DNA from: a virus
Taxonomy: Duplodnaviria; Caudoviricetes
Length of the DNA stretch: 44,795 bases
Direction: 5' to 3' (one strand)
Virus record (IMG/VR): IMGVR_UViG_3300050144_000021
Location: 1 to 44,795 of that record
Numbering within the stretch: position 1 is the stretch's first letter; each line of letters begins with the position of its first letter. The notes below the pieces were generated by a model that saw only the letters and a program-made list of their open reading frames with translations, had not been told where the DNA came from and made no database searches. A program made the position numbers and the translations under genes. This document shows positions 40,849 to 44,795 of this stretch, piece after piece.

Positions 40849-42111
40849 TTAATGCTGTGCTTCGATTGCGCTGGAAACCTCAGAAGCTATTGCCGTCGCT
40901 AAGTCGCTATCCATAGTTTTATGTTCATTTTTTTCGTGGCACCATCCTCGTGCAATTGCTTCGAGTAACTCATCCTCGCTCATTGGCTCTTGCAATTGTG
41001 TCAGCTTTGATAATCCATCAAAATTGTTAGAGACAAGCAAGTCGGCCACATCTTCCCACTTATCGCTTAAATCGCCATTCATGCAAGCGCCCATGATGTC
41101 GCTTGCAATTTGAACTAGGGGCGGATGCTCTCGTTGCGGGGAGGTGTAGAGTGGATTACCAAAACTGCTTGGGCGCACCTCGTCCTTATGATAAAAACGA
41201 TTGCAGCCAGCATCATCTATTCCGTGATACCACTCAGGCTGTTGCACTGGCTTTGTCTCCTGAGAAACATTGCCAACCTGATCGAGATCGTTGCTATTTG
41301 TGCAGGCAAAAATGTGATTTGTCGCATGTGGGCATCGCTTGTTGCCGCACTTAGCGCACAAGATCATGCGTTGGTTTTTTAGCGTATTTGGCTTGCAGGC
41401 CGCACAGTGGCATGAAGATACCAGCAACGAATCCCACGCCTCACGGTACACGTCCTCTACTCGTTTTGGTCGCTGCGCCTCTGCGATGGCTGAGACTTCC
41501 AATAGCTCATTGATAGAAAACATGCGCTTTACATCAGCCATATCTGTATCGTAGAGCTGGTTGATTGCAACTGCGATAGCTTGCTTCAAAATTGGCGCGA
41601 TTAGCTCTCGTGATTGCAGGGTTAGCTTTTTGTAAGCCGCTAATGCAACAGCGCAGCCGTGAATCCACGAATCTCTCCCATCATGACCAAGTTCGTAAAA
41701 CTCTATGGGCAATTGCTCGGCTTCATTTGTACGCCCATTAGAGATTAGGCGATCTTTTCGATGCACGGCTGCCGCTTCGTAGGCTATTTTTGCGAAGTCT
41801 TCCCATGTCATCTCATCGGAAGCAGGCTCTTGCACTGGCTTTGGATATGCCATAGCATGAGAGCCGCAAATAGAGCACTCCACCGCTTGCCAGCCAAGTT
41901 TGGCTAGACCATCAAGATTGCAAGTGGCTTCAATTGGCTTTGCCTGCTTAACAACCTGGTCGTCTTGCAGTGCTCCGCATGTTACGCAAGCTGCGTCCAG
42001 TTGCTTTTTCGTTTCAAGCCAAAGTAGCAACTTGGCAATTGCGCCGCACACGCACACTGTTAAGATAAAACCCAGTAAGGCGATGCCTAGTTCTAGTCCG
42101 TGGGGGTTCAT
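40849..42111 (-). CDS. Mosaic hypothetical protein with N-terminal TM and Cys-rich modules
   Basis: CVTCG, CSICG, CHCAAC..MILCAKCGNKRCPHA, separated by (V/L)Q(E/Q)P linkers. Confidence 0.75.
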   Translation of the reverse strand: MNPHGLELGIALLGFILTVCVCGAIAKLLLWLETKKQLDAACVTCGALQDDQVVKQAKPIEATCNLDGLAKLGWQAVECSICGSHAMAYPKPVQEPASDEMTWEDFAKIAYEAAAVHRKDRLISNGRTNEAEQLPIEFYELGHDGRDSWIHGCAVALAAYKKLTLQSRELIAPILKQAIAVAINQLYDTDMADVKRMFSINELLEVSAIAEAQRPKRVEDVYREAWDSLLVSSCHCAACKPNTLKNQRMILCAKCGNKRCPHATNHIFACTNSNDLDQVGNVSQETKPVQQPEWYHGIDDAGCNRFYHKDEVRPSSFGNPLYTSPQREHPPLVQIASDIMGACMNGDLSDKWEDVADLLVSNNFDGLSKLTQLQEPMSEDELLEAIARGWCHEKNEHKTMDSDLATAIASEVSSAIEAQH

Positions 42112-42150
42112 GTTATTTCCTTTTCAATTTCTGCTCTTGCGTTAGTGTGT

Positions 42151-42357
42151 TCATTTAGATTCCTCCAAAGAAACCCCGCAAAACGGGCAAAAACTTGCAA
42201 ACATTATTTTGGGCTTCCTCCTACTATTTGGGTCAGACTTAGCCGTTGCCACCTGTATCAATTCTCGGGATGGGTTTGAAAAGCTAAAAGAAACGGCTAC
42301 CCTCGTGCTGTGCTCTAAAAGCGCTTTATTTATTTTTTCTATGCAGTCGTGACTCAT
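42151..42357 (-). CDS. Small Cys-containing hypothetical protein
   Basis: HDC...ASFCPFCG. Confidence 0.7.
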   Translation of the reverse strand: MSHDCIEKINKALLEHSTRVAVSFSFSNPSRELIQVATAKSDPNSRRKPKIMFASFCPFCGVSLEESK

Positions 42358-42734
42358 TGCTTACTCTCCCAAATCTGCGAAGCCACTGACACAACAGCTT
42401 TGGCTAGTGCAGCGTGTTCGTTGCCGTTTTCACCAAATTGAATCGAGCAATCTTCATAATTTGCATCATCAAAATCACCTCTCGAAACTTCTACAAAATT
42501 CATAATTGGTGGAGTGCCTGATCTATCAAAAATCCACTTAACGTCTAAGTGCAAAGCGAACATCAAATCCAGCAAGTCTGCTTTGCCTTGCGTGGTTGGG
42601 GTTAAAGGATTCCAAATCTGGTGTGACTTATCCTCATGCCTTACCCAAACCCCTTGTGTCTGAGTGTTCGGCACGATTTTGTACCCCATCGCCCGAGCAG
42701 CGTTTTCTAGTTGTTGTTTGGTTATATTACCCAT
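42354..42734 (-). CDS. Phage hypothetical protein
   Basis: LENAARAMG...WNPL...L.L...A..AVV.VASQI. Confidence 0.75.
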   Translation of the reverse strand: MGNITKQQLENAARAMGYKIVPNTQTQGVWVRHEDKSHQIWNPLTPTTQGKADLLDLMFALHLDVKWIFDRSGTPPIMNFVEVSRGDFDDANYEDCSIQFGENGNEHAALAKAVVSVASQIWESKQ

Positions 42735-42948
42735 TGCGTGCCCTCCTAAACCAGACGGCTGCCCTCTCGGGGCAGCCAGCCTTTAGCATCCGCTCGGCGT
42801 GTTTGCGATTAGCGCGACGCCCCTTCTTTTTCATCGCCGTCGACTGGCGGTAGTAGTGGGTAATGTAGGAGTCGAGCGGCATCCCACCGCCCCCCATCTC
42901 AAACTTAACCCGCGCCAACTTAGCAGCGTTTTCTAGTTGTTGTTTGGT
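42696..42948. repeat. 27-bp direct repeat at the starts of two adjacent genes
   Basis: AGCAGCGTTTTCTAGTTGTTGTTTGGT at 42696-42722 and 42922-42948. Confidence 0.9.
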
Positions 42949-42954
42949 AATCAT
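42727..42954 (-). CDS. Basic hypothetical protein
   Basis: AAGGAA RBS region; shares ITKQQLENAA with the downstream gene. Confidence 0.6.
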   Translation of the reverse strand: MITKQQLENAAKLARVKFEMGGGGMPLDSYITHYYRQSTAMKKKGRRANRKHAERMLKAGCPERAAVWFRRARNG

Positions 42955-42973
42955 TTCATTCCTTTTTGTTTAT

Positions 42974-43462
42974 TTATAAAGAGATCACTTCAACATTACC
43001 CGATGGGAGTTTCCCTCGGACAATCTTTCGGATGCGTAGCTCGGTGGCCCGATGGCATTGCATCATGGTGCGGTGTGGCAGCACGGCGAGCACGCTGGCA
43101 TAGTCCTCCAGCACAGCGCGCACCGACTGGATGCCTTTGGCGTCAAACCTGATCACGCCGTTTGTCTCGTAGCGCTTCCCTGCCATGGCTAGGGCGGTCA
43201 CGGCGTCGCTCAGTAGGCCGCTGGAGTCCTCGACGATGCCCATGTTGACCAACGTCTCCATGAGGTTCACAGCGTCGCTGCACACTCGCCAGTCATCGGT
43301 GCTTGGCGCTGGTGATGTCTCGATGGCTCGCAGACCGCCGTACATCCTAGTGAGCTGATGACGTTGGAACTCCTGGGGGTAAGGCTTGACAGGGTCTGCC
43401 AGCAGCACGTCCATCGCGCTGTATGTGTACACCTCTACGCGTTTACGTTTTGTTCTACGCAT
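42974..43462 (-). CDS. Phage hypothetical protein
   Basis: Start chosen at MRRTKRKR (ATG 43462); DWRVCSDAVNLMETL. Confidence 0.72.
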   Translation of the reverse strand: MRRTKRKRVEVYTYSAMDVLLADPVKPYPQEFQRHQLTRMYGGLRAIETSPAPSTDDWRVCSDAVNLMETLVNMGIVEDSSGLLSDAVTALAMAGKRYETNGVIRFDAKGIQSVRAVLEDYASVLAVLPHRTMMQCHRATELRIRKIVRGKLPSGNVEVISL

Positions 43463-43625
43463 ACGACCACCCCAATAAAACGATGGCGTACACCAAGCAG
43501 AAGGCGACCGCTTGTAAGTATCGGGCGCGGCTACGTGGGTAGCGGACAGCAAAAAATACGCAGACGATGCCAGCGCACAGCATGGCCGCAGCCAGTATGA
43601 GGCAAAGGACGAATACGTTTGTCAT
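43455..43625 (-). CDS. 56-aa two-TM membrane protein (absent from the ORF track)
   Basis: MTNVFVLCLILAAAMLCAGIVCVFFAVRYPRSRARYLQAVAFCLVYAIVLLGWSYA; ATGA-coupled. Confidence 0.6.
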   Translation of the reverse strand: MTNVFVLCLILAAAMLCAGIVCVFFAVRYPRSRARYLQAVAFCLVYAIVLLGWSYA

Positions 43626-43825
43626 TTCGGTGGCCTCGCTTTCATATAAAAGCTTATTTGTGTAGGCATAAGACGCGTGGCCTTGCTTTCGCGCGTGATG
43701 ATTTTGTGTTGTGGTTTTGGCATTTCTGCGGGTGATCGGTTGGCAGTAAACGCGCGCCAGTTAAAAGCATTATTCTTGCTCTTGGGTGTGCCGTCTGGCC
43801 ATGTCGTATCGGGTTGCTTGCTCAT
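43622..43825 (-). CDS. Hypothetical protein
   Basis: 67 aa; ATGA overlaps at both ends. Confidence 0.65.
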   Translation of the reverse strand: MSKQPDTTWPDGTPKSKNNAFNWRAFTANRSPAEMPKPQHKIITRESKATRLMPTQISFYMKARPPK

Positions 43826-43992
43826 TGCTTGGTCACCTCGCGTTGAGCCTTGCGTGCATCGTCCTTGGCCTGCGCTACATCGGACGCCACATCCTGCGCA
43901 GCCTCGTGGTCGCTTGGTCCGTCGAGCGTATAGGTTGAACCTATCGCTATTGCGGCAGCGGCGGCTACGAGCCAGTGTTTGATTATTCTCAT
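43822..43992 (-). CDS. 56-aa protein with signal-like N-terminus (absent from the ORF track)
   Basis: MRIIKHWLVAAAAAIAIGSTYTLDGPSDHEAAQDVA...; ATGA overlaps at both ends. Confidence 0.65.
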   Translation of the reverse strand: MRIIKHWLVAAAAAIAIGSTYTLDGPSDHEAAQDVASDVAQAKDDARKAQREVTKQ

Positions 43993-44183
43993 GTTGTTGT
44001 TCTCGCTTTGAGATAGTCGTCGATTACCTTCTGGCTATAGCGCACCGGGCTGCGCTTGCTGTCGCCCAGCTTCACCCATGCTGGGCCGACGCGCTTGCCG
44101 CGCCATGCCTCCAAGGTGTCGGTTTTTACGCCCAGCATGTCGGCGACCTGTTGAGGGGTAAGGAGATCAGTCTTAGTGGTCAT
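43989..44183 (-). CDS. Excisionase/AlpA-like winged-HTH protein
   Basis: LLTPQQVADMLGVKTDTLEAWR...GPAWVKLG...VRY. Confidence 0.85.
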   Translation of the reverse strand: MTTKTDLLTPQQVADMLGVKTDTLEAWRGKRVGPAWVKLGDSKRSPVRYSQKVIDDYLKARTTT

Positions 44184-44193
44184 GGCTCTTCAC

Positions 44194-44795
44194 TTAGATG
44201 GGGGATTCGTCGTGGTGGACTTGGCCGCCGTCATCTGTCGGCTGCTGCTCCATGTCGATCACACCATCATCGTCTGGCTGTTGCGGGGCTTGCGCTGCCA
44301 CCTTTTGCAGGCGGCTGGGGCGCTTATTACCCTCTGCTGCTGGCTCGGCCGCTGCAGGCGTAGGCTCTGGCGCTGCAGGCGGCATGAATAGCTCGTCATC
44401 GTCGCGGATTGCGCCATCGATGTCTGTGCTTAGAGGTAGGCGCTTGGAGTGGCGGCGCACCACCGTTTTCTTCGCCATCTCAGCGAAGTCGGTCACCCAT
44501 GGCCCTGAGTTACCGCTGCGGCTGCGTGCGCGGATGGCGTTAACATCCTCGACGCTCATAACCTCGCGGGACTTCTCGCCGTCCTTCATGGTAACGATCG
44601 AGTAGACCGCGATCAGCTTCCCGCGGTTGGCCAGCGCCGGCTTGTGAGTGATGTGCTCCTCGTCGCCAAGGCAGAAGTCGAAGCTGTCATTCTCGTAGAC
44701 CGCTTGAACACTCCAAGTGCTGATCTCTCCTGAGTTGCGCACCAGCTTCATAATGCCGGCCGTCATAGGCATCCATTGCGCCTGGTCTTTAAACG
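44194..44795 (-). CDS. recT: RecT, 3' part (second allele over the repeated segment)
   Basis: Same frame as 1-713; ends ...HHDESPI* with an acidic/Pro-rich tail. Confidence 0.9.
   Translation of the reverse strand, partial: FKDQAQWMPMTAGIMKLVRNSGEISTWSVQAVYENDSFDFCLGDEEHITHKPALANRGKLIAVYSIVTMKDGEKSREVMSVEDVNAIRARSRSGNSGPWVTDFAEMAKKTVVRRHSKRLPLSTDIDGAIRDDDELFMPPAAPEPTPAAAEPAAEGNKRPSRLQKVAAQAPQQPDDDGVIDMEQQPTDDGGQVHHDESPI
44324..44795. repeat. Terminal direct repeat, copy 2
   Basis: Matches 1-472. Confidence 0.97.

Overview
This window appears to be a complete, circularly permuted tailed-phage genome with a unit length of about 44,323 bp. Positions 1-472 are repeated, with 18 substitutions, at 44324-44795, and the break falls inside recT. 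The gene order is that of a BPP-1/APSE-like podovirus; a betaproteobacterial host is an inference only. A leftward early arm (RecT, YqaJ exonuclease, HTH proteins, many small ORFs) wraps across the ends. It is followed by a divergent promoter region, Cro-like HTH, DUF4406, SF2 helicase, VRR-NUC, a Toprim primase fused to an SF3 helicase, an iteron-type origin, a ParB-methyltransferase, TerS/TerL, portal, scaffold and capsid. Next come an 8-gene inserted structural module, tail tube A/B, ejection proteins (one with a GH108 lysozyme domain, one a 2759-aa polyvalent protein), tail fibres and a holin/GH108 lysis cassette. I found no integrase, CI-type repressor, DNA or RNA polymerase, reverse transcriptase, tRNA or CRISPR. 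The most notable signals are the cassette-like polyvalent ejection protein with modules bounded by Y(S/A)R motifs, a dispersed 13-bp palindrome TGNGA-WWW-TCNCA at promoter regions, a c4-like structured RNA before the primase, and the inserted virion module. All family assignments come from motif recognition by eye and gene order, not database searches.
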